A stretch of DNA of 64,000 bases from Lingula anatina (Eukaryota; Animalia; Brachiopoda): positions 13,368,651 to 13,432,650 of the forward strand of contig CM120647.1 of the NCBI GenBank assembly GCA_051362555.1, read 5' to 3'. A model generated the notes under the pieces. That model did no database searches. It was not told where the DNA came from and worked only from the letters and a program-made list of their open reading frames with translations. How positions within the stretch are numbered: the stretch's first letter is position 1; each line of letters starts with the position of its first letter. A program made the position numbers and the translations under genes. Below are positions 26,991 to 40,430 of the stretch, one piece after another.

Positions 26991-29069
26991 AAGTAGCATT
27001 GCGCATTTCTCAAAAAAAAAAAAAATAAATAAAAAAATAAAAAAATAGACAAAATGTTAATTCTGTCTGTGCTGACACATACGATTTTCTCTCTCAAATA
27101 TGTTCATTCATAAACTCAGAGTAAAAGGTGTATTTTTTTTTTTGAAATCCAAAATATTCAATCTTGTTACTTCCCTAAGAACAAACTACCCAAGAAGTGG
27201 TGTAAGTGGTGCTCTTAGTGATAACCCCCAACCACCATTATTACCAAGTTTTACAACAAATTAGTCATTCTGAAAAATGTAACTTGTTGTGACTGATTCA
27301 TTATACTAAATAGCACTAGGATTTTTCTCTTAGTATTCGGTGTTCTATGCATCTGTAATGAATCATGGTTTTTCGTATGTCTCTAACGTCTCGAACGTGG
27401 ATCAATAGCGCCTTGCAGTAATGAGAAATTATTACTATCTCTAGGTTAAAGATATATATATATACACCGTGTGCAACTCTAAGAAACCTTGAACTGTAAT
27501 ACACAAACAAACAAACAAACAAACAAACAAGCAAACACATAAACAAAAGAACAAACAAACAAGACCTAGGCCCACAGCGTGCCACAAAACGTAGAACACG
27601 GAGAACCATAATTAAACGACGCTTTGGAGATATTTTTTGCATGGGTAAATTAATATAAAACGCCATTTCACTTGCTAAACGGACCTTCCAGACTTGGAAG
27701 GCAAATGGGGCACATTGCATGTACTTGTATGTATCTCAGTGAAACCGTATAATTATAATTTTGGTTCAGAAATATAGCGGTTCTACTGACGTGAGATGAG
27801 GTGATATGAGACACTTAGATTAACACAGACAGCAAACGATTTACCATGACTAACGTATGTAATATAATACATTATTGAGCACTAAAATGTGTACAAATGA
27901 CATTTTACACGCTTTCTACACCATTAGGTTGTTTTACATATATGTTTATACAAAATACATAGTCAACTAAATTAGGCATGAGGACTAAGAAATTACAGAA
28001 GGAAAAATGACTATTGTTAGTGATGGGTATTTCTTGAAATTAAAAATTCAGTTTTCTGTTTTAGGCCAGATCTTAATCTAGAAATCAAAGTTATGCTGTA
28101 ATTATGATAGTTGTGACGGCAAAGTATGTCTGATCAATATTCTGATTTATATAGTATATTAGAGTCACGATCTTTGAAAACGTTTCTTTTTCGCCAAAAA
28201 GGCAAATTTTTTACATGTAATCCCGCCGAATGTAAATGTTTAGAAGAGAATATCTAAGAAAATGTTGAGAAAAAATTTATATTTTCACTCATATTTTCCC
28301 AGGGCTTATTGGGTATTTCTTTGGGTTCAGTTCTCAAACATCAAACACTATTGGCTTACGCTGAGAGGCATGGATTCAGCTGTGCAAACTTGATCAATAG
28401 GAATTACATTACCACCAACAGCTACGCTGTTTGCAGAGACTATTGTAATCCTAGAACGCATATGGGACCCGATATATTGCAAGGCCAGCAATCGTGGTGA
28501 GGTGTCAAGCTTCCTAGGCCGACAGCTAGCTTGGCGCAACGCGTGTCAGAACACGTGGCACGCGTGGCACATGTAGGAGACATAGGCGCGCGTTTGGGTT
28601 TGGCGTAACATTTGGCAATTGCGTTTGTTGAGACATCGCTCACAATGAAACCCGCATTGTTCCTGACACATTACTTCCTGATATTACTAGGCCAGTAGCC
28701 AGCTATCTCAATTAAATGGGATTTTTTTTATTTTTGAAAATTTGGAATTCTGTCCTAAAGTTTATCAATGCTGATTGTTAATTCAGGTCCATTTTGTTGT
28801 ATGAAGTTCATATTTCCGAAGGTAACCCCATACTGCATGTGGAGCTTACGGGAAGCGCTTGTGAAGAAATTCTGTGTATATTGAGTGGTTGAGAAGCTGT
28901 TTATATTATATAGATATACACGCGCATTGGTGACATTAAACACATTTTGCACACAACTGAAAAGAAAATAACATCAAAGGGGATAATAGATTTCCTGTTT
29001 ACAAGCATTTTAACAATTTATGGAGAAGATTTTCGTATAAACGGAAAAGACACGCAGATCCGTGCGGAA

Positions 29070-29102
<33 letters not shown>

Positions 29103-29282
29103 GCAATGTTTTCGCTTTCCGTAGATCTTATCTTGGACCTAAATAGGTCCAAGATCTTATCAATTGTCTCTGCTTTTTGTTTCTAAAAATAAGTGAATAA
29201 GATTTAAAAAAAAAAAAAACAAATTCAATATAATGAATGAATAGAAAACGTATACACAGGTAAATAAAAATAAATAAAGATA

Positions 29283-29330
<48 letters not shown>

Positions 29331-31329
29331 CACAAACACAAAGACAAACACACTAACTAGATCATCAGCAGGGCTCCTGTCAGTATATCTCAGAGGCAAT
29401 TAGGGGTCTTCTACACAATTACACTGGGGGCGGATGTCATGCAAAGATGGTGCACACGTGGATTGTCAGACAAGCAAGCACGGCACTCAGATACAGATAG
29501 ATAGATAGATAACAGAAACTTTTATTCTCATAACCATTACATCATGTGTAGAGAAATGCTACAAAATAATAATTATAATAATAATAATAAAGTAATTAAA
29601 GGTTCAGATGCTGGTCGAAGAGTCTATTCTTACTAATATTGCATTTATAAATTTTCCTAGATTTAAGAGCGGAATTTTATTTTTCAGATGTGAACAGTTG
29701 TTTATATTGAGTAACATCCGGGTCCCGGTAAAAATGTCTTTCTAGAAATTTGTATCAGTGATTCTTCATAATATTGTCTGTGCAGTTAAATGAATAATGA
29801 AACTCATCTCCATAACTGTTGAAAAGTTTCATTAGCTATGCGTCTAAAATGACCCATAAAGTTTCCCAGGGGGGGGGGGGGGAGGGGGGGGCGAAGAAGT
29901 CTGACTGTCAGCAGACAAAATATTGGGTGGTAAATGCCAGTTAATTTTTCAATAGCTGTTGACAAATGAAACTCTACTGGCCATCTTCCAAACTATTTTC
30001 GTTACAAAAATGACGACATCTGTGTTTTCTGGGTGTAAACACGCACGACAGTCAGAAAAGGGCACTTCACAATAAAGATAAGTCTTTTGTTCTCGAAATT
30101 GGCCGTGACATACGTCAGAAACCAAGCTCGTGTAGATTACATGTTTTCTGCTGCCGCATGGTGTATCAGGAGCAAAATTAATCCTCTTCAAGGCGGATAA
30201 CAGCAATTACATTCGCCGTGTTTGTCGCTGGTATGAGGAATCTTATTAGCAATGGATTATTTGTAGGTCGTCTTGTCAAGGAATAGTTTATTTCTTGGAA
30301 TGAGCTTTTCATTATAGGAATATTTTCTTTCTTCTTTGTCACAGATGTTTATGTTTTACTTGCAGTGTAAAAAGCCAACGTAGCATCGAGCTTGAAGATA
30401 AAGATAAAAAAAAAATTAACCTAGCTTGGGCAAAATCTGAATTACCCCAAGATATAACCAAATTTTCTAAGGTCAGTACCACATTGGCTATTTTGCTTCC
30501 AGTAAACAAAACGAAATAAAAAAATCAATGTCACTCGGTTGACTTCAAATAAACTGGTTGTGTTTTTTTTTCTATGTGTGTTTGGTGAGATTTAGATTAT
30601 GTAACATGCACATCTTCGGGCAAATAATCATTTTCAGGTTTCTTCTTTGTGTAATGTTTTCCACACTCTGTTCTTATGACGGCGTAAAACTGTAAAGAGT
30701 AAAAAAGCTGTTAATACGCTAAGTCCCTAAAAGAAAACAGATCCTTCTTTCGCTGGATTGTTTAATACAATTCCAATGTTTTAATTGTAAATCACGTTTG
30801 TTGTATCTCCAAAAACACCGCACGTTACTTTAATAAAGCCATCAAAACCCAGGGGAGGGAAAACAACACTATGGTGGAAGCCGGTTTGGGGATTTTAGAT
30901 CACGATATCGCGTTTCCAGTGGTACTTGAGTACTTTGTTGTTTCGTTCTTCAGGGTTTTCTTCTCGGAAACAACCCCTTGGAAACCAAAGTGGAAGACGA
31001 TCGTGTTTCCAGAAACAGGCGACACGCAACCAAGATCCTTAAAAGCATTGTTAGAATAGCAAATACATTTTGTATACCTATGGTAAAAAAAGAAACCAAC
31101 TTTAAATCACGCCGTGTCAATCAAAAACGCGTTTTTTTCTAAATTATACTCGTTCTTCGACTCATTGACTGTCTATGTCGTCGCCGCAAAACGCCCAAAA
31201 CACAAATAACTCATATCCATATGTTTGAATATATCACAGAAATGGTATAATGTTTGAAAGCGACCTGTTCGTCGAAAGGGGAGCAGGTGGCTGATCGTGG
31301 CTTTTGGATTGGAAATTATGCCTAGATAG

Positions 31330-31432
31330 TAAAACACACTTCTGAATAATGTAATCCTAAAATTACAGAACACTTTAAGTACTAAAACATACTTCTGAAT
31401 GATGTAATCCTAAAATAACAGAGCATTTAAAG
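31330..31432 (+). repeat. Tandem duplication, about 54-bp unit x2
   Basis: TAAAACAYACTTCTGAATRATGTAATCCTAAAATWACAGARCA occurs twice. Confidence 0.85.
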
Positions 31433-31524
31433 AATTGTTGTTGAAATATCGATGTTGAAAGTGCGACATTTTTTTCATTAGAAGGCAAGGTATGTATATT
31501 TCACACGTACTTGTAAGTATTTTA

Positions 31525-31699
31525 GGCAGCAGTCAGAATAGGGCACTAACTAGGCCAAGGGTCAAATATGGCCGACCCACTTGAATACTTTCCCACGGGA
31601 TATCTATCCAGTATCTATTAGCGGATAAGACGGCAAGCTTTGTAGTGGGTCACCATATTTGACCCTCGGATAAGTTAGTCCCCTATTCTAAATGGGGCC
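31525..31699. mobile_element. MITE family 1 copy
   Basis: Same TIRs and core as the 4072 and 10307 copies. Confidence 0.85.
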
Positions 31700-31984
31700 A
31701 TAGTGTCATACTTCACTTTGTTTACCTTCATCATCTTCCTCTATGCGTATTTATTTTCTTTTAAGCGTATATCGTGTTGTTCTGGACATGGCACCATTAA
31801 ACATATCGTATTACTTTATAGAAAGAATATCACACATTTTCCTGGAAACGTCAACAAATTTATCTTCATTACCACCGTATACCATACACAAACCGTTCAC
31901 AGATTATTTTCCTAAAATCCGCGTTAAATACCGGTTAATACCAGTTATGTTGTCTCCAGCGTTTGAGCCAGTTTCGTATATATA

Positions 31985-33344
31985 CAGACTTGACATTTAA
32001 TATGGTCGGGTTTACAGTGTGTAAAATGAGCTATGCAGTGCTTTACAAATTTATCAATCTGTGGCAGAATGGCGCGAAAAAGACAGGCACTGCCAGACAG
32101 ATAATTGCGCCAAACGAAACGGTCCGCACAGTTTTATAAAGTAATGCCCAGACTGATTTACTTACACAGAGGCCACACCCAATGTATCGAAATCTTACCA
32201 CAAGGGTACAGGACCCACTGTCTTTCGGGATATGCTGTTGCAACTAAACAAAATCCACTCAGTCCGTTCAGAATGAGGGGTAAATTGCCACCAAAACGCA
32301 TTTTTCAAGGCCCTTAGCGAACACCAAACTGGATTGAGCAGGTTAGAATACCAGATAACCTCCGAGGAACTCACTGTAAACAGCAAAACATCGTCGTGTG
32401 TTTCTCTAATGAAATGGAGACCTTGTCTGTATCTGGGTTGAACATTGAAATCTCGTGGCTTTCTTTATTGAGGTCAGATTTCACCTGTACCACTCAACAG
32501 TCAAAACAGAGTTTACAAACATCCAGAAGAGGCCAACGACGAAGCGTGTGCCGCGTCTAAAGTGACTAAGGTCATTAACAGCGTCAGTATTTGGAGTGGA
32601 TACCACATTGGTGCCAAAACACCAATGGAAGTCATCGACGAAAACCTGAACCAGATCAAATAAAGAAATAATATAAATAATCTGGGAACCACTTGGCTAT
32701 CAATTGATAGGGGGCAACTTAGGAACAATTTTAGGTTGCACGATGAAATTACAGAGCACTTTTAATAGCAGATTACTTAAAGAACCAAGAGAATGAGCAG
32801 CTACCTTGGTCATCAAAACCGCCATATTTGAACCACATAGACAATATGTGGGTAGGCCATTACTCGCCGAATCGATGGCCTACATGTCCTACAGCAAAAC
32901 TGGACCAAATTGGACAGATTTTGAACGATGCCTGGAATGTTATTCCAGATTGAACTTTAAAAACCTATCACAAGGAATCCCTTGTCACTTGAGAGCGCTG
33001 GTAGCAGCCAGAAGAGGTCAGGCATAACAGCAACCGTTACTGTGACTAGACACTGACATGAGGGTCCTTTGTGGAGCGTGTAACTCTTTTACAGACAATA
33101 ATTTGGAAAATATGGAGGTCCAAAACATCTCTTTTAATGGTTGTCGTATGACATAGAATAGACAATGTGTTTTTGTTTGCTTCTCTGGCGAATTCCATTA
33201 ATGTGACACAGTGACATCAAAGAGATAATTTAAAGTTATTAAAACACGATTTCAATCCTTATTTTCATTTATCAGTCAGCAAAATAGGAAAAAACTGATG
33301 AAAAATGATTTGGAAAAAATATTCCATATTAAATGTCAAGTCTG
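31985..33344 (+). mobile_element. Decayed Tc1/mariner transposon, copy A
   Basis: TIR CAGACTTGACATTTAATATGG at both ends and TA on the left. Transposase remnants are MPRL.. at 32144, WSSKPPYLNHIDNMW (equivalent to WPxxSPDLNPIENxW) and LSQGIPCHLRALVAARRGQA* (equivalent to LIxSMPxRLxAVIxAxGG). Confidence 0.85.
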
Positions 33345-33346
33345 CA

Positions 33347-33349
<3 letters not shown>

Positions 33350-33420
<71 letters not shown>
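33350..33420 (+). repeat. (TA)n microsatellite abutting the Tc1 copy A right end
   Basis: About 70 bp of pure TA repeat; another lies at 43346-43392. Confidence 0.95.
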
Positions 33421-33436
<16 letters not shown>

Positions 33437-34456
33437 ACCGCTTTTGAAACTTAATTTCAAGCAATACAATGATGGCAAAGATTACAAAAGCAAAAATACA
33501 ATCTCTCACGAGAAGAATGTACTTCATGTTCTGATCTTTCATCAAACGAGAATGAAATTAATCTCATCGGATTTCAGAAACTGCATGACTAATCGCTTGC
33601 AATGATAATGTGAGGTCAGATTTTTTGATGTTTATTTCACCCTCAGGCTTTGAAGTCGAATTGCAACGGAATTAATATTATAGTTATAATACAAACACAA
33701 CACAAGTACCACAGAAGAAGGGTACATTGACACTGCATTAGAGGCGGCGCTCTTGGAGTCCTGTAAATGGCTCGTTTGCGTAATGGTAATCGAACTTGGG
33801 TAAAATTGAATCATTACCGAAACACATTCCATACAGTATGTTCTGCGATATTACTTAATGGCCGCATTCATAACCTGTTTATCAGCAGACATATAGGTGC
33901 GGATCAAATATGGCTAACCCACGTGAAAGCTTACCGCGTTATTCCCGCGGGGAATCTATTCAGTGTCTGTTAGGGGATTATGCTAGGTTAGTCTGCGGAT
34001 CAGCTTCTTCTGGACCCCCCCCCCCCCCCCCCCCCCCCCATGAAACATCATGATGGCGCCCTCCACTTCCCTTGGACTAATTGATTCTATAAAAGTGGGT
34101 CAGTTTTGAAATAACTATACTTTAACTTCGTCCCAAAAAAATATGAATAGGCTTTGTTGTTGTGCACTGCTTTGTCTTGTAAGTCAAAACCCTCAGCAAA
34201 CGTGTCTAATGGGGTAGACAAGTTCTTGAGAACACTTTCACTGATCAAGCAACGATGCTGAGCAGATCGTTATTTATTCTCTTTCTCTGCGGAAAATAAG
34301 TCGATATATAATATAACGTCAAGTTGCGATAAAGTAGTAGGCCTAAGTATTGACTTTTAATTAGGTGATATATTTGCCATACATTATTGTCAGAGCACTA
34401 TAATGCTGGGGTTGACAAGGAAAGACAAACACGTCTTTCTCTTTGCCCCCCCCCCC

Positions 34457-34493
<37 letters not shown>

Positions 34494-34589
34494 GATATAT
34501 GCGTTGTTCGTACATTTGGCTTTAGTGCGTGTGTCTTTTTCGTCATCTCGTAAACAATGTCTGAAAACTAACAAGCGCGCTTTTCACAG

Positions 34590-34700
34590 TATTAACGCCA
34601 CGACGTCTGTGATTGGCTGAATCCAATTGCAAGCATTGACAAATGTGAGAGAAACGCGTATAACATCTACGCCAGCGACAGCCGTTATTCACCGCCGTTC
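34590..34700 (+). promoter_or_regulatory. Candidate promoter of the 34925 gene
   Basis: Two CCAAT boxes in opposite orientation (gattggc near 34611, ccaat near 34623) in a CpG-rich patch about 300 bp upstream of the ATG exon. Confidence 0.4.
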
Positions 34701-34924
34701 AACCAACGCCTTCACAGTACACAGGGACTGCTCGACAACGACATCGCCAAACGGAGAAGAATAGTTTTTGACAGGTGGCGGAAACAAGCCAAGAAGAAAC
34801 AAAAGAAGGTCGATTTGTTTTCTAAACTGACTGAAGCCAGAATTCCTAGTGACGCGTACCTGGCTATATTTTTACTCAGTATAATACCACATTGAATTAG
34901 AGGGTTTCTAGAGGTTTTTCAAGG

Positions 34925-37900
34925 ATGTCTGACAGCAAAACACCAGAATCACCAACAAAGGAACAAGTGGACAACAAGGTACGTGGGCCTTTGAACTATC
35001 TGAATGATTTTATAGATATCTTCTATTTCATCTTTTTGTTCTGAAAAAGTATTGTTTCGATTCCTTAAATCAAAAAGGGAATTGATTTTGAATCATTTGA
35101 TATAAACTGTTTTCGTCAGTATGATTTTTTTTGGCTTTACCTGTCCATTTCTGATTGTGAGACTGATATGCAAGCGTGAACTAATTAGTTAATGTGGTGT
35201 TTGTTTGTTTAATAGAAGGTGACATGCAAGTATAAAATGCCACTCGAATCATGTGCATTATTAGCATTATTAATTTCAGATATTCTAGTCGTTTCGGCAG
35301 TAATATTTGGAAAAGATTTTCAAAATACGCCCTTTATGAAGTATGTAGTGTTGCAAATTTCTTACATTGAAAAACATATGATTATTTAGCAGTCTGTACA
35401 TCATCTTGCCTAAACAATTGCTCTTCCAATTTATCAATTCAAGGGATAACAACTCCTAGTTTTGAAAAACAAAAACGGATATTCCTGGGGTAAACGACGA
35501 CTTTTACCATATTTACCATTTGGTTAATGAATCCGTTCCTTCATTCAAAATAAGCCCATTTTTTATCCTAAAAAGTTTGTTTTTTGTAATGATCTTTTAG
35601 AGATGATTACAGAGGTATACCTATCTATGAAGGTCCACGTGGTCTGATGGCAAGCACAGGTTCCAAAATAATGGCGATAACCGTTTTTTAGGTGTACAAT
35701 AGAATTTATTTTATTTCCGTAAGTTGTTTTTAATCCATTTTGTATGAAATATGAATCTCATACCCACAGTAGTTATCCCTTCAAGGCAGATCGGGGTGTT
35801 TTCGTAATTAACCTTTTCACAATTTACTCCTCCGTTTTGTAAATATCTACAATATGCGCCATTATCTGTTTAATATTGGTGACAAACACGCAGTGCTAAT
35901 TGTCTCAGTGCAAGAACTGCCATGTCACCAACAATCCCGGTATATGCATACGCTCTCTCGAGAGAGCATCAAGGAAGCGACATCCATTCTACTGCCGACA
36001 GGAAAAGACACCGTCATGTTTTTCTTTATTGAAGACGTATTTTATGTTAACGCACAATTGACCAAGTAGAAACGCAAGTAGTTAGCTACGCTCCTTGCTA
36101 TAATTTCCGGATGACAGTCTTTCCCGCTGTATCCATTGTGTATAATGACAAGATGTTTTTTTCCCTACTTAATCCGGTGTCGGTCTCGCAAATTGAATAG
36201 GCTATATTATATTATATCACTGATCCAACAAGTGTGCGAGACACGAGTATGATAAGGTTAATTTATACTAGATTTATATAATTCATGGTTATGGAGAATG
36301 TTGCCCTTTACTTTTGAGGCATATGGCTGGAACCAGAACACACAGAGATAAATACATATAAACTGTGAAATAACAGTTACTGGCAGAAAATATTTCTGGA
36401 AATTAAGAAGGAAAGATGCCACATGATGAATGTAACAAAGCAGATTTGCGTAAAGGCCTTTAAACATTTGCCTTCGTGCAATGTTTAAATCGTAACAGTT
36501 TCAAAAGAGATTTAATTTTTATTAATGAGGCCAGATGCGATCGAGACGCTGTGGCGAAATATCGAAAAACACAAAAAAGCTCAGTTTCTTTAAGAACCAT
36601 TTTTACGGCTTCCAATCATGATCGAGATTGTGGTTTCGACTGAAGTGCCGTTCGGAATCTATTATTATAGTGCTGTCGGGTTAAAACAATTAGCAATGAA
36701 CATGCTACAGTATTCAGCGAGCAAGCATCAGAGAAAACCCGGCAAATTGAGAGTTCGTTTTAAGGCCCCATTCCCATAGACACCGGCGGTCTACGTGGAT
36801 CTACGTCGGATCCACCCAGCTTTGCGGGGGTTCTTGCTGACTGCAATCAGCTTCACTGAATGACACTCCTCCTCATTAGCGGGCGTTAAGTACACTATAG
36901 AATACAGAAAAACTGGTAATAAAAGGAGGGGTGTCATCCAGCGTAGCTGATTGCACTCAGCGAGAGTCCCTTCAGAGATGGTAGATCCACGTAGGCCGAT
37001 GGTGTCTATTGGAATGGGATCTAAGACTTTGGCAGGAAATCACTGCTGCCTAATCACATTGGCAAATTTACTGCCAAACGAAACATTTATTTCACTATAA
37101 TCTGAGACTAATAGCTGTCAAGCTCTAGTATTAAATATTAAGTATAATTTGAATAAGGTAAAGGGTTTATCGACAACGTGATTGGAACAGGTTTGTTAAA
37201 CCTGGCAGTAAATATGATTTAGTATATTTATATAAATAATTTTCATACGTAAGCTTTCACGATAATTTAAACAATCCGCAGTTCTCAATTAGTCTAGTGG
37301 TCCGTAATTTACTCATTTCTTGGCTTTCTTCCGTCTTTTTTCTCTCTTTTCTTTATATAACTTTGTTTGTATTCATCTCTTGACGTTTATTTCCCTCTTT
37401 TCGTTAGTTTTTAAAACTAGACGATCTCAAATCTACTGCAGACTACATGTAACACAAAATCAGGTAGATAAGAAAAAAGCGTTCAGTTACAATATACTGT
37501 ACATGTATGATATGTAAATAGTGAGACTCTACTTAGTCAGTTAGTTAGTAAGTTAGTTAGTTAGTAAGTTAGTTAGTAAGTAAGTAAGTTAGTTAGTTAG
37601 TTTATTGCCTAGTATTGTCTGGGCAAAGCGATACAATGTTAAGGATTATAAATAGGATTTGACCGACTGCGTACATTAAATATAAATAAGTTGTTTAAAA
37701 GGTTATCTTAAAGGTCTGCATTGAAAGTTGTGAAACAAACTCGTTACCTTGAAATGGTCCACACATAAACCAATCCTACTTGGAGGCCTACGTAGAATTA
37801 TTGACCACAAATACTCCATAAATGTTTAATTGCGTCTTGGATGCCTTTCTAAGAGGGCAAAATGCAATATTTATTTATTTTTTTACTTCGCGCAAAAAAA

Positions 37901-40331
37901 CTTAATACTTAAAGACGCCTTCAATGCCAGCCCTTTTCAAGCATTTGCATTCATCGGCGGACCCGAATAGATTTAATTAGCGAAATAAAGCCATGTCATA
38001 AACGTAAGTCTTCTGTAGAGAAAAAATACATAAACGTCCTGGAAATATAATATTTAGACAGAAAGAGCTCAAAAACAGGTTGAGAGATAATTCGTTTTGC
38101 AGTCGATTTGAGTATATCCAGGAAATCATTTTTGCTATATAACGATCGGAAAACCTTTGTGATCGTCGCACAACATTTGTGACTAAACCAACAGCAAAGT
38201 GTGTGCGCGTGTGTTTGTGTGTGTGTGGGGGGGGGGGGACTGGAATTGGAAAGAAACAAACGCCCTTCGATAAATAAATAAATAAATGAAAACATCTTTA
38301 ATCAAAAACTGATCCTGATTCTATAAACATGTATATGTTTCGCGGTATAGACAGGACTTTATTCCTGTACAAGAACTCTCCTCCTGTGACATTTTGGCTG
38401 AAGGTCAACTGATAGTAAACATGCTGTATACTCACCTCCTCTGGCTTTGACATTTACAAAGTGTATACCCATACTTACTTTACACATACTAATTACTGTA
38501 TACACACATACCAATATACACATTGACTGATTTGCGAAATGAGATTTAAGAATTTAAGACTAAGTATTTCGCTCATGGCATAGCAATTTTTGTCAGCTTT
38601 CAAATTGCTTTTTCGTGTTAGAAGTAAAAGCAATACCTTATTCAGTGTTATCTATCGCAATTCTCTGAAAAGAACGATTCAATTTTTTTAATTAAATCAA
38701 ATGTAGTAAATTTAAATATGATTATTTCATTATGCACACATTAAGAATAATAACCATATCAAATACATTGTGTATGAGAGTGCGGGGTGAAAGCTTACCT
38801 TTTTAACCTCTGAAAGTTGTTTTTTTCTGTGAAAATATAAAAAATAGATGCTGTGTATATATGTCCTTGTAACAGTGATATTTCCCGCTATGACAGGAAC
38901 GGTAGTCCGCTAGGAACCGTAGTCCGTTCTCCATTACTATGCACAGGTGACCTTCGTCCCATATACCAACCGCAATACTCCGACTAACCCTAACTGTACT
39001 TACTAATCATGTGGGAGTTCGGACGTCCATTACTAGGATTACCATTCCTGTCTCACCGGTTGACAGCTAGCAACCTTCATCTCCATCTGATGATTAGTAT
39101 ACTATAATACTGATTATAACAGGAGTCAATGACAAACTGATTCACTGGGGTGGATTGAAGCCGTATTCTGGGTCTTCCGGAAGTTTGTCAGATTTTCAAA
39201 TTTACATGGTCGGGTATCCATTTTTTTCTGTCGGAGGACTGTCAAAAATGTAAGATGGATAAACAAAGATAATTTTTAAGATTGTCAGAAAATATATCTG
39301 GATCCGCCCCTGAATACATGTATCTTTTGAGTTCATACAATGGACATGGCATTTTTACATAATACAAATCAATTCGCCTCTATGGCTCTATTCCCATAGA
39401 TTTTAGATCGATCTATCCCCGCGGGGAGTCTCACTAGATTACTTTCAGATAATCCGACTTAAATGTCCGTCCCGCCTACTACAAGCTGTAAGAGGGTAAT
39501 TAACTTTCGTGTCCGCCCGGCTGACAGCTATTTAGCGTGAACCCCCAGGGAGTTAGGTCGATCTAAAGTAGGTCGATCTAATCTATGGAAATGGGGTGTA
39601 AGACTTAATACTTTACCCGTCAGAGCTATGATACCCAATATGCATAACTGTTAGCAAAATTAGAATTTTTAAACCTGTTCTCGAGTTTTAAAAAATTCAA
39701 TTTCGGTCACTCCGGCTTTGTAGATGGACACACTCACACACACAGAAATAAAATAAGATAAATGATAAGAGCAAAAGCAAAAAAGAAAGAAATCAAATCC
39801 AAATAAATGAATAGAAATGAAAGATGGAGAGAGACTTTAATGCAGAAAGTAGCTTAGGTAATTTGTGATTTGAGCTCTTTGTTGTCAATCTGTGGCACGG
39901 AATGTCGTGTCGCATTTGTAAACAATTTTCTTTCTCACCATGGCTTCGTTGTTACTTCGTTTCTTCGCACTTGTCACGAAAATATCGACTTTCAACTGAT
40001 TAGCTCGACAAGAAGCTTGGAGATTAGGGCCCCGATCATGGCAACACCGCCAGAATTATGAAAGCAGTTTTGTTTTACATTCGATGAACAGGCGCCTTTA
40101 TGCCAGGCATGCAGGTCTTTCTTTATCCTTGGCATTTCAAAACCTGTGCGGCATTCTGCCTGAACACGAAAACATTTGCTTTCCTTTAACTTTGAGGTGG
40201 AAATTTATCAACTTCTCTTTTTGCTCTGTGATGTGTGTCGATCTGCTTGCGGCAACCCGCCAGCAACAAGATTATTTATTTATACTGCCCTTCTGTCTCT
40301 CTCTCTTTCTCTTTTTCTCTCTCACGCATAA

Positions 40332-40381
<50 letters not shown>

Positions 40382-40382
40382 T

Positions 40383-40430
<48 letters not shown>

